Part shown: positions 21,701-31,183 of the stretch, piece after piece
Numbering within the stretch: position 1 is the first letter of the stretch
Layout of the letters: every line of letters begins with the position of its first letter
Position numbers and translations under genes: made by a program
The notes under the pieces: generated by a model
Databases searched by the model: none
Seen by the model: the letters and a program-made list of their open reading frames with translations, nothing else
What the model was told of the DNA's origin: nothing
Assembly: GCA_965228975.1 (NCBI GenBank)
Contig: OZ245851.1
Span: 5,568,656-5,632,655, forward strand
DNA length: 64,000 nucleotides
Origin: Alphaproteobacteria bacterium
GTDB lineage: Bacteria; Pseudomonadota; Alphaproteobacteria; UBA8366
Direction: 5' to 3'

Positions 21701-21940
21701 GGCCCCGGCGACCATCGCGCCGATTTCGTGTGGCAGCATGCGCGCCGCAAGGTCCCAGCCCAATACCGTGTTGACATAAAGAAGGCAAAGGCCGACCCAA
21801 AGCGCCGATGCGGCGACGGCGCCAACCAGCAACAGCCGCGCGACCCTCCGCGTTCGGGCCATTTCCTGCTGGATATCCGCTTCGTTTGGCCCGGATGCGT
21901 GCCGCCCGGCGCGCGGCAGTTGGGTAACCTTGGCGACCAT
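18734..21940 (-). CDS. Large membrane-anchored helical-repeat protein (TipN/GPR/RgsE-like polar scaffold)
   Basis: Two N-terminal TMs, about 800 aa of 25-residue repeats, and C-terminal WKRYVRGERGIFTR...RYIDYFE...GDVGKLYLLV domain as recalled for this family. Confidence 0.75.
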   Translation of the reverse strand: MVAKVTQLPRAGRHASGPNEADIQQEMARTRRVARLLLVGAVAASALWVGLCLLYVNTVLGWDLAARMLPHEIGAMVAGASLPIAILWIVVAFFRRSYEIRQYTETLQRQYELLTYPSEESEARIHDISESLKRQSEELTRASDKAAAQLQNLSESMERQVGALDEASNKVAAELSQIGGSLTEQLNSIDGLAERLEEKRKEIGDGLDTDANKLEEVTTRALLHSDEINAALRLQAADLTSASDRSAEQARDMADMFKKYAESLDAATDAADARSQEIRSHLQEGIDGLSGMGDSVTTKAIEVINAMREHSGRVSERLERAFDDHANAVGTMTERAAERVERMAEGLTRRTVSITETLDAGLQKQAMDLDRLLESATNHAKNIEAAIDKQSADLSDRLEDAVTSQGNTLSNAIDQTMEQINTLTYGMREQAENLSNITERTGLHADSIRQALEDQGKELSNIAEEVALQVNAVEEVSRRQSGELTAASASATERLEEMSQTLREQSEHLGKSTDLVAARTDAIGEALRRQTDHLNSASERAEQQAKEVEGILAARTAQIRASMQEGSREIGEVIDPAIDKAQAMADSLHAQASALREAADWSAANADSIAELMDKQSRNLHDASDHAAKQVRDIRELIADHTEGLTDATEKASQEAGRIRDLLSADTATLQELADLLAQRAGDVETQVARHAESLRKSSDDSRTRTSELESALKAQVAALLSASETVNARISSAGSVFTTESNEMKAAMREALKLIDELSEKFEQQTEQLTSASVRAGMQINDNRDALNAESEALTTAAREAAERLQLIGGAFGQQVGNLSESADGVAARLSALAEGFRNQTKELDNASEAANHRIRDVGDALSRQADKLLSTTDDAKREMEAIKQTVTQHGRELNDTMEAVTAKAKDASREFDRQAVMLTQASADAAEQAASLKERDEEGRRDLFLQTARHIVEDLHSTSIDLTRLLNSEIPDSDWKRYVRGERGIFTRALLRGRQSNLVSQITDKVRNDEEMRRYVIRYIDYFERLLKESQAVDPENVLHSTFMTGDVGKLYLLVCRAIGRDPLGD
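19121..21526 (-). repeat. Protein-level tandem repeat array: 28 x 25 aa, 3 x 15 aa, 1 x 36 aa and one partial unit
   Basis: Manual parse of aa 139-940, consensus L-x-x-A-S-x-x-A-x6-I-x3-L-x-x-Q-x3; unit lengths sum exactly to the protein length. Confidence 0.85.
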
Positions 21941-22131
21941 TCTTAAGCCTATGCCAGAACGCTACGGCCTGTTCAGCCGTTATTCTGGCTATGTAACGGT
22001 TCTTTCGCGGCAGAGTCGAATCGCAAATTGCCTATTTCCGCAGATTCACGTCGAGTGTTGCCTTCGCTTGGAATGCTCCCGGCACGCCGGTATGATCGCG
22101 GCCGAATGCAGCCGGGGTATTTGGGGACCTA

Positions 22132-22782
22132 ATGCAGAAAATTCCGAATTTCGAGAACCTCTTTGTGCTCGATCATCCGCTGATCCAGCACAAGCTGACA
22201 CTGATGCGGCGCAGCGATACGCCGACCGGACTGTTCCGTCAGCTCCTGCGGGAAATCGCGCTTCTGATGGGATATGAGTTGACCCGGCCGCTTCCGTTGA
22301 CCATGGAGACCGTCACCACTCCCGTTGCGGAGATGCAGGCGCCCGTCCTATCGGGCCGGAAACCCGCGATCGTGTCGATCCTGCGCGCCGGTTTGGGAAT
22401 GGCCGAAGGATTGCACGAGTTGCTGCCCAATGCCCGCGAGGGTCATATCGGATTATACCGCGACCCCAAATCCCACGAGCCGGTCGACTACTATGTGAAA
22501 CTGCCGACCTCGGCGGGTCGGCTCTGCATTCTCGTCGACCCGATGCTTGCAACCGGCAATTCGGCGGTCCGCGCGATCGACGTACTGAACGAACATGGGT
22601 ATTCCGACCAGAACATCCGATTTATGGCGCTCGTCGCGGCGCCCGAGGGTGTGCGGACCTTCGAAAGCGCCCATCCCAACGTGCATATCTATACCGCCGC
22701 GTTGGACGAGAAATTGAACGACAAGGCCTATATCGTGCCCGGGCTGGGCGACGCGGGCGACCGGCTTTTCGGGACGAAATAG
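22132..22782 (+). CDS. upp: Uracil phosphoribosyltransferase
   Basis: [20 protein letters not shown] and [17 protein letters not shown] motifs. Confidence 0.97.
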   Translation: MQKIPNFENLFVLDHPLIQHKLTLMRRSDTPTGLFRQLLREIALLMGYELTRPLPLTMETVTTPVAEMQAPVLSGRKPAIVSILRAGLGMAEGLHELLPNAREGHIGLYRDPKSHEPVDYYVKLPTSAGRLCILVDPMLATGNSAVRAIDVLNEHGYSDQNIRFMALVAAPEGVRTFESAHPNVHIYTAALDEKLNDKAYIVPGLGDAGDRLFGTK

Positions 22783-22796
22783 CTGGGGGTGGGTCA

Positions 22797-23297
22797 ATGC
22801 GGAAAGCCGTTTTCCTGCTTTTCGGTCTCGCCGGCGCTGCCTTGTTGTCCCAATTCCCGGAATTCTTTCAGCAATACACGCAGCGTCTCGGCGGGCGGCT
22901 CGACGAGGTCCGGACGCAAGTCGAAGCGCTGGAGTCTCGGGCGACGGCCAGCGGCAAGAGCGTGAATGCCTATCTGGAACAATTCCTGGTCAGCCGCGAC
23001 CGCGACGTGCGGCAGGAAGGGCGGGCCTTGGCCGCCTTGGTGCAGCGGCGGGCGACATTGGCCACGGCCTATTCGGCGTTGTCGGAAACGTCGCAATTCT
23101 GGCGTGCCCGCGCCTTCGCCGAGCATGTGGATATCGATATCGCCAGAGCGACCGCGCGGGACTATAAGCCGGCGACGCCGCTGACCGCGGAATCGGCGGT
23201 CTACAGCGGGGCCGGCTTCGGCATCGGCGGCGTGATCTATTCGCTACTGTTCGGGTGGCGGCGGAGGCGGCAGGAGATGCCCCGCCGTCGCGATTAA
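22797..23297 (+). CDS. DUF2937 family membrane protein
   Basis: [20 protein letters not shown] motif; TM at both ends. Confidence 0.85.
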   Translation: MRKAVFLLFGLAGAALLSQFPEFFQQYTQRLGGRLDEVRTQVEALESRATASGKSVNAYLEQFLVSRDRDVRQEGRALAALVQRRATLATAYSALSETSQFWRARAFAEHVDIDIARATARDYKPATPLTAESAVYSGAGFGIGGVIYSLLFGWRRRRQEMPRRRD

Positions 23298-25171
23298 GCG
23301 GAGCGGCGGCGTCCGGCCGCGCCTTGGCGTTCGCGCGGCCCCTGCTCGTCGAACAGGTCGGCGAGCTGGTCCATCATCGTACCGCCCAACTGATCCACGT
23401 CGACGATCGTCACGGCCCGGCGATAGTAGCGCGTCACGTCATGCCCGATGCCGATCGCGACCAGCTCGACCTCGGAGCGCGTCTCGATGAATTCGATGAC
23501 GTCGCGTAGATGCCGTTCCAGATAGTTGCCGGGATTGACCGACAGGGTCGAATCGTCGACCGGGGCGCCGTCCGAAATCACCATGAGGATACGGCGTTGC
23601 TCGGGCCGGCCCAGCAGTCGGTCGTGCGCCCAGAGCAGGGCTTCGCCGTCGATGTTCTCCTTCAGCAGACCCTCGCGCAGCATCAGGCCGAGATTCTTGC
23701 GGGCGCGCCGCCACGGAGAATCGGCGCCCTTGTAGACGATATGCCGGAGATCGTTCAGCCTGCCCGGGTTGGACGGCTTGCCGTCGGCGATCCACTGTTC
23801 CCGTGCCTGACCGCCTTTCCAGGCGCGCGTCGTGAAGCCGAGAATTTCGACCTTCACGCCGCACCGCTCCAGGGTGCGGGCGAGGATATCCGCGCTCATC
23901 GCCGCGATGGTGATCGGCCGGCCACGCATCGACCCGGAATTGTCGATCAGCAGCGTCACGACCGTGTCGCGAAACTCCATGTCGTGTTCGATCTTGAACG
24001 ATAGCGGGTGCAGCGGGTTGATGACGATCCGGTCCAGGCGGCTGGTATCCAGCAGGCCCTCTTCGAGGTCGAATTCCCAGGAGCGCATCTGCTTCGCCAT
24101 CAAGCGGCGCTGCAGCCGGTTGGCGAGCTTGCCGATCATGCCTTGTAGATTGACGAGCTGTTGGTCGAGCAGCTGGCGCAGGCGGGCCAATTCTTCCGGG
24201 TCGCACAAGAGTTCGGCATTGATGACCTCGTCGAAGCTCTCGACATAGGCCTGGTAGAACGGCTCCTTCGGCAGGTTCGACAGGTCGTTCTGCGGTCGCC
24301 AGGGCGTGCCCGGCTCGCCGGGTTCCTCGCTGCCGGGCGAGGGCATCATGTCACCGTCCTGGTCCTCGGGCATCATGTCGCCCATTTCGTCGTCGCCCGG
24401 GATCGCATCGGTGGCGTCCGCCATGGCATCCGACGACGCATCGGCCGAGCCTTCGCCGTCCTGTTCGCCTTCGGTCTGGGCGTCCGTGTCGTCGGAATCG
24501 TCCTCGCCGTCCTGGTCGCTCGAATCCGCCGACGAATCGTCGCCGAGATCGATGTTCAGATCGCTGATCAGGTCGCGCACCGCATTGCCGTAGGCCGCCT
24601 GGTCCTCGATGCATTTCTCCAGCGTTTCGAGCGCGTGGCCGATCTTCTCCTTGAGTTCCGGCTCCCACAGCTCGCACATCTTCCGCGCGGCCGGTGGGGG
24701 CGGCGCGCCGGTCAGGCGTTCCCGCGCCATCAGGCGAACCGCTTCCGGCATGGTGGCTTCGGTCTTGTCGGTGACGCGATGCAGCCCCTGGCGCCGGTAG
24801 CGTTCTTCCAGGGCGGATGCGAGATTCTCGCTGACGCCGACCATCCGCCGCGCGCCGAGCGCTTCGCAACGTGCCTGTTCAAGGGCTTCGTACAGCGCCG
24901 GGGCGACATCGCCGCCGGGCATGTTTTGGGCGTGGACCTGGGCGTCGTGATGGCGAAGCTTGAGCGATTGGGAATCGGATTCGCCGCGAACCTGCGCAAC
25001 CTCCTCGATCGGCAGGTCGCGTCCCGGAATCGGCACGCGCACGCGTACGCCGCTCAATCCGGGCGGTTCGTTGGAAAAGCTGACCTCCACGTCGTCCCGC
25101 CTGGCGATCGCGCGCGCGGTCGCGGTGGTCGCTTGTTTGAACCTTTCCAGCGGCGATTCGTTATCGCTCAT
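23294..25171 (-). CDS. cobT: Cobaltochelatase subunit CobT
   Basis: Acidic linker, v[21 protein letters not shown] and ISDGAPVDD motifs. Confidence 0.95.
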   Translation of the reverse strand: MSDNESPLERFKQATTATARAIARRDDVEVSFSNEPPGLSGVRVRVPIPGRDLPIEEVAQVRGESDSQSLKLRHHDAQVHAQNMPGGDVAPALYEALEQARCEALGARRMVGVSENLASALEERYRRQGLHRVTDKTEATMPEAVRLMARERLTGAPPPPAARKMCELWEPELKEKIGHALETLEKCIEDQAAYGNAVRDLISDLNIDLGDDSSADSSDQDGEDDSDDTDAQTEGEQDGEGSADASSDAMADATDAIPGDDEMGDMMPEDQDGDMMPSPGSEEPGEPGTPWRPQNDLSNLPKEPFYQAYVESFDEVINAELLCDPEELARLRQLLDQQLVNLQGMIGKLANRLQRRLMAKQMRSWEFDLEEGLLDTSRLDRIVINPLHPLSFKIEHDMEFRDTVVTLLIDNSGSMRGRPITIAAMSADILARTLERCGVKVEILGFTTRAWKGGQAREQWIADGKPSNPGRLNDLRHIVYKGADSPWRRARKNLGLMLREGLLKENIDGEALLWAHDRLLGRPEQRRILMVISDGAPVDDSTLSVNPGNYLERHLRDVIEFIETRSEVELVAIGIGHDVTRYYRRAVTIVDVDQLGGTMMDQLADLFDEQGPRERQGAAGRRRSA

Positions 25172-25201
25172 CGCGGGGTCCCCGGACGCTTAGGATGACG
25201 G

Positions 25202-26206
25202 TCAGGATATCGTGGCGGCGATACCGGTTTCCGGAAGCTCCGTACCGAAACAGCGCTGATAGTATTCGGCGACGATAGCCCGTTCCGTCTCGTCGCACTT
25301 GTTCAGGAAGGTCATCCGGAAAGCCAGTCCGACGTCGTTGAAGATTTCCGAATTCTCGGCCCAGGTGATCACCGTCCGCGGCGACATGACCGTGGAAATA
25401 TCGCCGTTGATGAAACCGGACCGGGACAGATCGGCACATGCGACCATCGCGCTGATGACTTCGCGGCCTTTGTCGTTGTCGTAGGTCGGTGTCTTCGACA
25501 GGATGATGTTCACTTCCTCGTCGTGCGGCAGATAATTCAACGTGGTCACGATGTTCCAACGGTCCATCTGGCCTTGGTTGATCTGCTGCGTACCGTGATA
25601 CAGGCCCGTCGTATCGCCGAGTCCGACCGTGTTCGCGGTCGAGAAGAGGCGGAAATAGTTGTGCGGACGGACCACCCGGCTTTGATCCAGCAGGGTCAGC
25701 TTGCCGTCGACTTCGAGAATGCGCTGGATGACGAACATCACGTCCGGCCGTCCTGCGTCATATTCGTCGAAGCAAAGCGCACACGGGTTCTGCAGCGCCC
25801 ACGGCAGGATGCCTTCGCGGAACTCGGTGATCTGTTTGCCGTCGCGGATGACGATCGCGTCCTTGCCGATCAGATCGATCCGGCTGATGTGGCTGTCCAG
25901 ATTGACGCGGATGCATGGCCAGTTCAGGCGGGCGGCGACCTGCTCCACATGCGTGGATTTACCGGTGCCGTGATAGCCTTGGATCATGACGCGCCGGTTA
26001 TGCGCGAAGCCGGCGAGGATCGCCAGCGTCGTGTCGTGATCGAACACATAGGCGTTGTCGATATCCGGCACATACTCCGAGGGTTTCGAGAACCCCGGCA
26101 CTTTCATGTCGACGTCGATGCCGAATGTCTGTTGGACCGAAACTTCAATATCCGGCGCATCAAGCTCGTGGGCCTTGCTGCGCTCGTGGTTGTCTGCTGT
26201 CGCCAT
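25202..26206 (-). CDS. cobS: Cobaltochelatase subunit CobS (AAA+)
   Basis: [19 protein letters not shown] and NQGQMDRW motifs. Confidence 0.96.
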   Translation of the reverse strand: MATADNHERSKAHELDAPDIEVSVQQTFGIDVDMKVPGFSKPSEYVPDIDNAYVFDHDTTLAILAGFAHNRRVMIQGYHGTGKSTHVEQVAARLNWPCIRVNLDSHISRIDLIGKDAIVIRDGKQITEFREGILPWALQNPCALCFDEYDAGRPDVMFVIQRILEVDGKLTLLDQSRVVRPHNYFRLFSTANTVGLGDTTGLYHGTQQINQGQMDRWNIVTTLNYLPHDEEVNIILSKTPTYDNDKGREVISAMVACADLSRSGFINGDISTVMSPRTVITWAENSEIFNDVGLAFRMTFLNKCDETERAIVAEYYQRCFGTELPETGIAATIS

Positions 26207-26270
26207 ACCTCAAATTTCCAGTCGAATTATCGGGACGGTCGGCCAGAGCGGGCACGACCGGGATGTTCCG

Positions 26271-26837
26271 TCACGCGGTCAGAAAACGCTTTAACGTCGT
26301 ATAGGCTTCGTTGATGTCCTTCAGCCGGTCTTCCGCGGATCGGTCGCCGCCATTGGCGTCGGGATGAAGCTGTTTGACCAGTTCCTTATATCGCGTCTTA
26401 AGCTGGGTCAAGTTTACCGGTGGCACCAAGTCCAGCTTCCGCAAGGCCCGCTGTTCGGGGGTGTTCGCCGATTTAGGCTTTTTCTGACGGTTGGCCTCTC
26501 CGCGCAACTCGTCCCCGATCCCGAATCCGTCTTCGATCCGGCCGGATTCGAAGGCATGGAGCGCCGCGGACTCGCCGCCGCCCATCGGCCAGGTCGGGCG
26601 GCGCCAGACCGTATCCTCGCGGATCGCCGCCTCGATTTCCCGTTCGTTCATATTGGCGCAGAAATTCCACTGCCGGTTATAGTCGCGCACGTGATCCAGG
26701 CAGAACCAATAGAATTCGCCGAGACGGTCTCTTGACCGCGGGGCGCGGTGCTCGCCGTCCGCGTGACAGCCGGGCGCGTCGCAACGGCGCGTTGCTTGCC
26801 GCTGCTCGCTCAAGGGTATGGTCTTGATCCGGCGCAT
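26271..26837 (-). CDS. DnaJ-domain protein
   Basis: C-terminal HPD J domain; N-terminal FCLDHVRDYN motif; next to cobS. Confidence 0.92.
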   Translation of the reverse strand: MRRIKTIPLSEQRQATRRCDAPGCHADGEHRAPRSRDRLGEFYWFCLDHVRDYNRQWNFCANMNEREIEAAIREDTVWRRPTWPMGGGESAALHAFESGRIEDGFGIGDELRGEANRQKKPKSANTPEQRALRKLDLVPPVNLTQLKTRYKELVKQLHPDANGGDRSAEDRLKDINEAYTTLKRFLTA

Positions 26838-26943
26838 CCGACAAATATGTACACTGGAAATCCGGGTGACAAGCTATCCCGATGTCGATAGGAATTACCC
26901 CATGGCGCAGTCCGTGCCGGTGGGAATTTGGAAAGGCGGACGA

Positions 26944-27219
26944 ATGACGGTTGCGAGCAGAATTCGGGAGAAATTAACCGAAAAACTGGCGCCATCCCGG
27001 TTGGATGTGGTCGACGATTCCCACAAACACGCGGGTCATGTGGGGGCGCGGCCGGAAGGGGAAACCCATTTTTCCGTCGAGGTCGTTTCCGCCGCTTTCG
27101 AAGGGGTATCGCGGGTTGAGCGCCAACGGATGGTCTACGAGATCCTGCAGGAAGAACTCGCCGGACCGGTGCATGCCCTGGCGCTGCGGACACTGAGCCC
27201 GTCGGACGAGGCTGCCTAG
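26944..27219 (+). CDS. bolA: BolA family protein
   Basis: DDSHKHAGH, ETHF, RQRMVY and VHAL motifs. Confidence 0.93.
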   Translation: MTVASRIREKLTEKLAPSRLDVVDDSHKHAGHVGARPEGETHFSVEVVSAAFEGVSRVERQRMVYEILQEELAGPVHALALRTLSPSDEAA

Positions 27220-27803
27220 CCAGACCGGCGCTGCGGTCGCGGCGGCTTGTAGAAATCCGGGAAGGCGAATTTAACCACCTCGCTGTCTTCGCTATAGGCG
27301 TGACAGGAATTGAGGTGCCGCGGCGGGTTCTCGGTCGGTGTCGGCCGGGCCAGACCGGCGGCCCGCGCCTCGTTCATCTTGGCGGTATAGATCGTCTGAT
27401 ACGCGGTGGTCGCCATCGGCCGCAGCAACTCGCGCAAATGCGTACACCCATGCGTTCCGCCGACCCGTTGGTTGACCTCTTTCGTCCAGCCCTTGCCGAT
27501 ACGGATGCCTTTCAGCGCCTGGAAGTTCGGCGTCACGTCCGCGCAGATCGGATACGGGTTCGCCGCCATGGAGGCCTCGCAACCGTGAATCAGCAGATCG
27601 TCGTCGATCGTCAAACGGATCCACATGTCGTGAACCGGCTCACCGGCGGGCAGCGTCGGCGAATGCTCGGTCTGGAAGTCATAGGCCTTGGTGTCGACCA
27701 GATGCCCTTCGATATCCCACAGGCCGTCCGTCCGTCGGAATCCTTGGCATTGCACGGCGCGGGTATGGCTCAATTCGCGGGGCACGGGAGGTGACAAAGG
27801 CAT
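27216..27803 (-). CDS. DUF2889 domain protein
   Basis: RRTDGLWDIEG, HDMWIRL, GCTHLREL and NSCHAY motifs. Confidence 0.88.
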   Translation of the reverse strand: MPLSPPVPRELSHTRAVQCQGFRRTDGLWDIEGHLVDTKAYDFQTEHSPTLPAGEPVHDMWIRLTIDDDLLIHGCEASMAANPYPICADVTPNFQALKGIRIGKGWTKEVNQRVGGTHGCTHLRELLRPMATTAYQTIYTAKMNEARAAGLARPTPTENPPRHLNSCHAYSEDSEVVKFAFPDFYKPPRPQRRSG

Positions 27804-27886
27804 GAGGCCTCGTTTCTGCAGGTTTCAAATGGATGGTGAAACAGCCGGTTGCTGCAGTGCAATAAATAGCGGAATCGTCGCGGGCG

Positions 27887-29179
27887 TCAAGCAGCCGGAT
27901 CTCGGGGATCCTGCGGGCTAGGCGGCCGCAGCCGCATCAGTGAAATCTGATTGCGTTGCCGCCGCAAAATCTCGAACCGGAAGCCATGGAACATGAAGAC
28001 CTGCCCTGGCTCCGGGATCGTCCGCGCTTCGTGGAGGACAAGGCCGGCGATCGTCGTGGCCTCGTCGTCCGGCAGATACCAGTCGAATTCTCGATTGAGG
28101 TCGCGAATCGTGACCGTCCCGTTGACGATGTAGCTGCCATCCGCTTGCGGCCGCACGCCGGCGACGGCGATGTCGTGTTCGTCGTCTATGTTCCCGACGA
28201 TTTCTTCCAGGATGTCCTCCAGCGTGACGACGCCCATGAGCGACCCGTATTCGTCGACGACCACCGCGAAATGTTCGCGGCGTTCGCGGAAGGCGAGCAG
28301 TTGGTCCAGCAGGCTGGTGGTCTCCGGAACGAACCAGGGGTCCGCGGCGAGGGACCGGATGTCGGTATCGGCGATGCCGCGGTCCGGGTCGCGGATTTCC
28401 CGCAACAGTGCTTTGGCGTGAATGATCCCGACGATATTGTCCGGGTCGCTGTCGTAAAGCGGAAAGCGCGTGAACCGGCTGCGCAAGACGTGATCCAAGA
28501 TCGTGTCGCTCGATTCGGTGCAATCGAGCATCTCCACGTTCCGTCGATGGGTCATCACTTCTTCGACCTCGACATCGTCGAGATCGAGAATGCTGTGCAG
28601 CATCTGCCGCTCATGGCGACTGCCGGGCTCGGTGCTCTCGTGCAGCGCGATCGCGCCGCGCAATTCCTCCTCGCGCTGCATATGGATCGCGTCGCTATGC
28701 GGGCTTGCCCCGAATGCGGCAAGCGTCAGTTCGACGATCTTGTTGATCGTGCCGGTAATCGGCGCCAGGACGGCGACAATCAGCTCCATCAGGGGGGCGA
28801 CCCTCAGGGCCATCTTGTCCGCATGGCCGAGCGCGTAGCTTTTCGGCAGCACCTCGGCGAAGATCAGCACGAGCAGGGTCATGCCGAGGGTCGCGTAAAC
28901 GACGCCCGCCTCGCCGAAGATGCTGAGCAGCAGGCTCGTCGCCAGGGCGGACGCGAAGATATTGACCAGGTTGTTCCCGAGCAGGATCGCGCCGATCAAC
29001 CGTTGTTTCTTCTCATGCATCGCAATGACGATCTTCGCGCGCCGGCTGCCCTGGCGTGCGAGTTCGTACATGCGCGGCTCCGACGACGCGGTCATCGCCG
29101 TTTCCGAACCGGAAAAGAAGGCCGATAAGATCAGCAGTATGAGAATCGAGCCGCCGGTCAGCAGCCACTCGGTGGTCAT
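27887..29179 (-). CDS. HlyC/CorC family (CNNM-CBS) transporter
   Basis: FFSGSETA, LLGNNLVN, VVDEYG and TLEDILEEIVG motifs. Confidence 0.93.
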   Translation of the reverse strand: MTTEWLLTGGSILILLILSAFFSGSETAMTASSEPRMYELARQGSRRAKIVIAMHEKKQRLIGAILLGNNLVNIFASALATSLLLSIFGEAGVVYATLGMTLLVLIFAEVLPKSYALGHADKMALRVAPLMELIVAVLAPITGTINKIVELTLAAFGASPHSDAIHMQREEELRGAIALHESTEPGSRHERQMLHSILDLDDVEVEEVMTHRRNVEMLDCTESSDTILDHVLRSRFTRFPLYDSDPDNIVGIIHAKALLREIRDPDRGIADTDIRSLAADPWFVPETTSLLDQLLAFRERREHFAVVVDEYGSLMGVVTLEDILEEIVGNIDDEHDIAVAGVRPQADGSYIVNGTVTIRDLNREFDWYLPDDEATTIAGLVLHEARTIPEPGQVFMFHGFRFEILRRQRNQISLMRLRPPSPQDPRDPAA

Positions 29180-30291
29180 GAGGTCATCGCTCCTTCGAGC
29201 AGGGTGATCAAATCGCCCCGCGATATGTCCTGGCTGAGAAATGATTTGCCGATGCCGCGGGCCAAGATGAAGGTCATCTTGCCGTCGGCGACTTTCTTGT
29301 CCTTCGCCATATGCGCCAGCAGGTTATCGTTGCTCCAGGTATTCCCGAGCGCTTGACCCGGCGTCGTCGGCAGGCCGATCGATGCCAGATGGCGGCGCAC
29401 CTCGTCGGTGTCCTTGGCGGGGCAGAGGCCGAGTTGGGTCGACAGTTCGAACGCCAGAACCATGCCTATGGCGACGCCCTCGCCGTGAAGCAGGGCGTCG
29501 GAATATCCGGTCTCCGCTTCCAGTGCATGGCCGAATGTATGCCCCAGGTTCAGCAGCGCGCGTAGGCCGGCTTCGCGTTCGTCCTGCGCCACGATATCGG
29601 CTTTCGCGCGGCAGCTTTCGACGATGGCGTGCCGTCTCGCATCCGGGTCGCCGTCGCGAACGGCAGCGCCGTGACCTTCCAGCCAGGCGAAGAATTCCGG
29701 TTTGTTTATGAGCCCGTATTTGACGATTTCGGCGTAGCCCGCCAAGAGCTCGCGGCGCGGCAGCGTGTCGAGCACGCCGGTGTCGGCAAGGACCAGGCGC
29801 GGTTGGTGAAAAGCGCCCACCAGGTTCTTGCCCTGCCGCGTGTTGATACCGGTTTTGCCGCCGACGGAGCTGTCGACCTGGGCGAGCAGGGTCGTCGGGA
29901 TCTGAACGAAATCCAGCCCCCGCAATGTGACCGCCGCCGCGAACCCCGTGATATCGCCGATCACGCCGCCGCCGAGAGCGACCAGGGTCGTGCCGCGCTC
30001 GATGCCCTGGTCGAGGATTTGATCGATCAGATCCTGCAGCATCTCGAATTTCTTCGTCTGCTCGCCCGCTGGCAGGACGATACTCTCATGGCGAATCGAC
30101 GCCGCGTTCAGCGTGGTCTGCAGCATCTCCAGATGCAACGGCGCAACCTTTTCGTCGGTGACGACGATGACACGGGGTTGGCGCAGGACCGGGGCCATCA
30201 ACTCCCCGGCGCGTGCGAGCACGTCCTGTCCGACGACGATGTCGTAACTCCTATCGCCCAGGGAGACCGTAACCGTTTCGTGCGCGCTCAT
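29176..30291 (-). CDS. aroB: 3-dehydroquinate synthase
   Basis: GGGVIGD, PTTLLAQVDSSVGGKT, LNLGHTFGHA and HGEGV motifs. Confidence 0.97.
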   Translation of the reverse strand: MSAHETVTVSLGDRSYDIVVGQDVLARAGELMAPVLRQPRVIVVTDEKVAPLHLEMLQTTLNAASIRHESIVLPAGEQTKKFEMLQDLIDQILDQGIERGTTLVALGGGVIGDITGFAAAVTLRGLDFVQIPTTLLAQVDSSVGGKTGINTRQGKNLVGAFHQPRLVLADTGVLDTLPRRELLAGYAEIVKYGLINKPEFFAWLEGHGAAVRDGDPDARRHAIVESCRAKADIVAQDEREAGLRALLNLGHTFGHALEAETGYSDALLHGEGVAIGMVLAFELSTQLGLCPAKDTDEVRRHLASIGLPTTPGQALGNTWSNDNLLAHMAKDKKVADGKMTFILARGIGKSFLSQDISRGDLITLLEGAMTS

Positions 30292-30866
30292 TCTTCGCTT
30301 TCCGTTTTCAAGTATGCCTCGACGGCATCCAGCACACGGTCCACCGTCTTGCACAGGGGCCCCACGTCGCTGTCCACGGTGATGTCCGCTTTCGCATAGG
30401 TGGGGTAGCGCTCTTGTATCAGGCGTTCGAGCGTTTCGCGAGGGTTCTCGGTCTCGAGCAGCGGCCGGTGGTCGCGTCGCCGCACGCGGTGCCAAAGCGT
30501 TTCGATGTCGGCCCGAAGCCAGATCGAGATTCCCTTGTCGTGTATAGCGTGGCGAATGTCGCTGTCCATGAACGCGCCGCCGCCGGTCGCCAGCACGGTT
30601 GAGCCGCAGTCGAGCAGGCGCTCGATCACCCGCCGCTCGCCGTCCCGAAAGGCCGCTTCGCCGTGTACCGCGAAGATGTCACTGATCGAACAGCCCGCCG
30701 CAGTTTCAATCTCGTCGTCGGCGTCGAGGAACGGACAATCGAGCCGCTCCGCCAAGCGCCGGCCGATGGCTGTCTTACCCGCGCCCATCATGCCGACCAA
30801 GACCAGCGGCTTGGTCGGTATGTGGGTTAGGGGCGCCCGATGCGAATTGGTTTCTTTTTCCGTCAC
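30288..30866 (-). CDS. aroK: Shikimate kinase
   Basis: GMMGAGKT, GEAAFRDGE, ATGGG and RPLL motifs. Confidence 0.96.
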   Translation of the reverse strand: MTEKETNSHRAPLTHIPTKPLVLVGMMGAGKTAIGRRLAERLDCPFLDADDEIETAAGCSISDIFAVHGEAAFRDGERRVIERLLDCGSTVLATGGGAFMDSDIRHAIHDKGISIWLRADIETLWHRVRRRDHRPLLETENPRETLERLIQERYPTYAKADITVDSDVGPLCKTVDRVLDAVEAYLKTESEE

Positions 30867-31042
30867 TGGAATTTGCGTCTGTCGGTCGTTGAATCCTGAA
30901 GAACAGCCCTATACACTGCCGCAGAATTGCCATAGTGGAACAGTAGCGTAAAGTCTGTACGCGTTCCGAACTCTAGTCCTGCGAAGCATTGAAACATATT
31001 TCCAGACTATCTCGTTCGCGGCACCATCAAATATAGACCCGG

Positions 31043-31183
31043 ATGAAACGGCTAACCCTTGTATTATTGGTGTTTTTCGTCGCGCTCGTCGGTACGGGCG
31101 TCGTATTCTTGGCGACGTGGGACATTCCGCCTCCTTCGAAACCAGTGGAGCGGGTTCTCGATGACGGTCGCTTTCCGCGATAA
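31043..31183 (+). CDS. 46-aa single-pass membrane protein, absent from the ORF track
   Basis: MKRLTLVLLVFFVALVGTGVVFLATWDIPPPSKPVERVLDDGRFPR*; basic N-terminus plus TM; overlaps the start of the next gene. Confidence 0.7.
   Translation: MKRLTLVLLVFFVALVGTGVVFLATWDIPPPSKPVERVLDDGRFPR

Noticed and set aside
23294-26206. cobS-cobT without cobN as a novel AAA/vWA system
   Set aside because: The DnaJ-cobS-cobT-bolA block apart from cobN is the ordinary alphaproteobacterial arrangement
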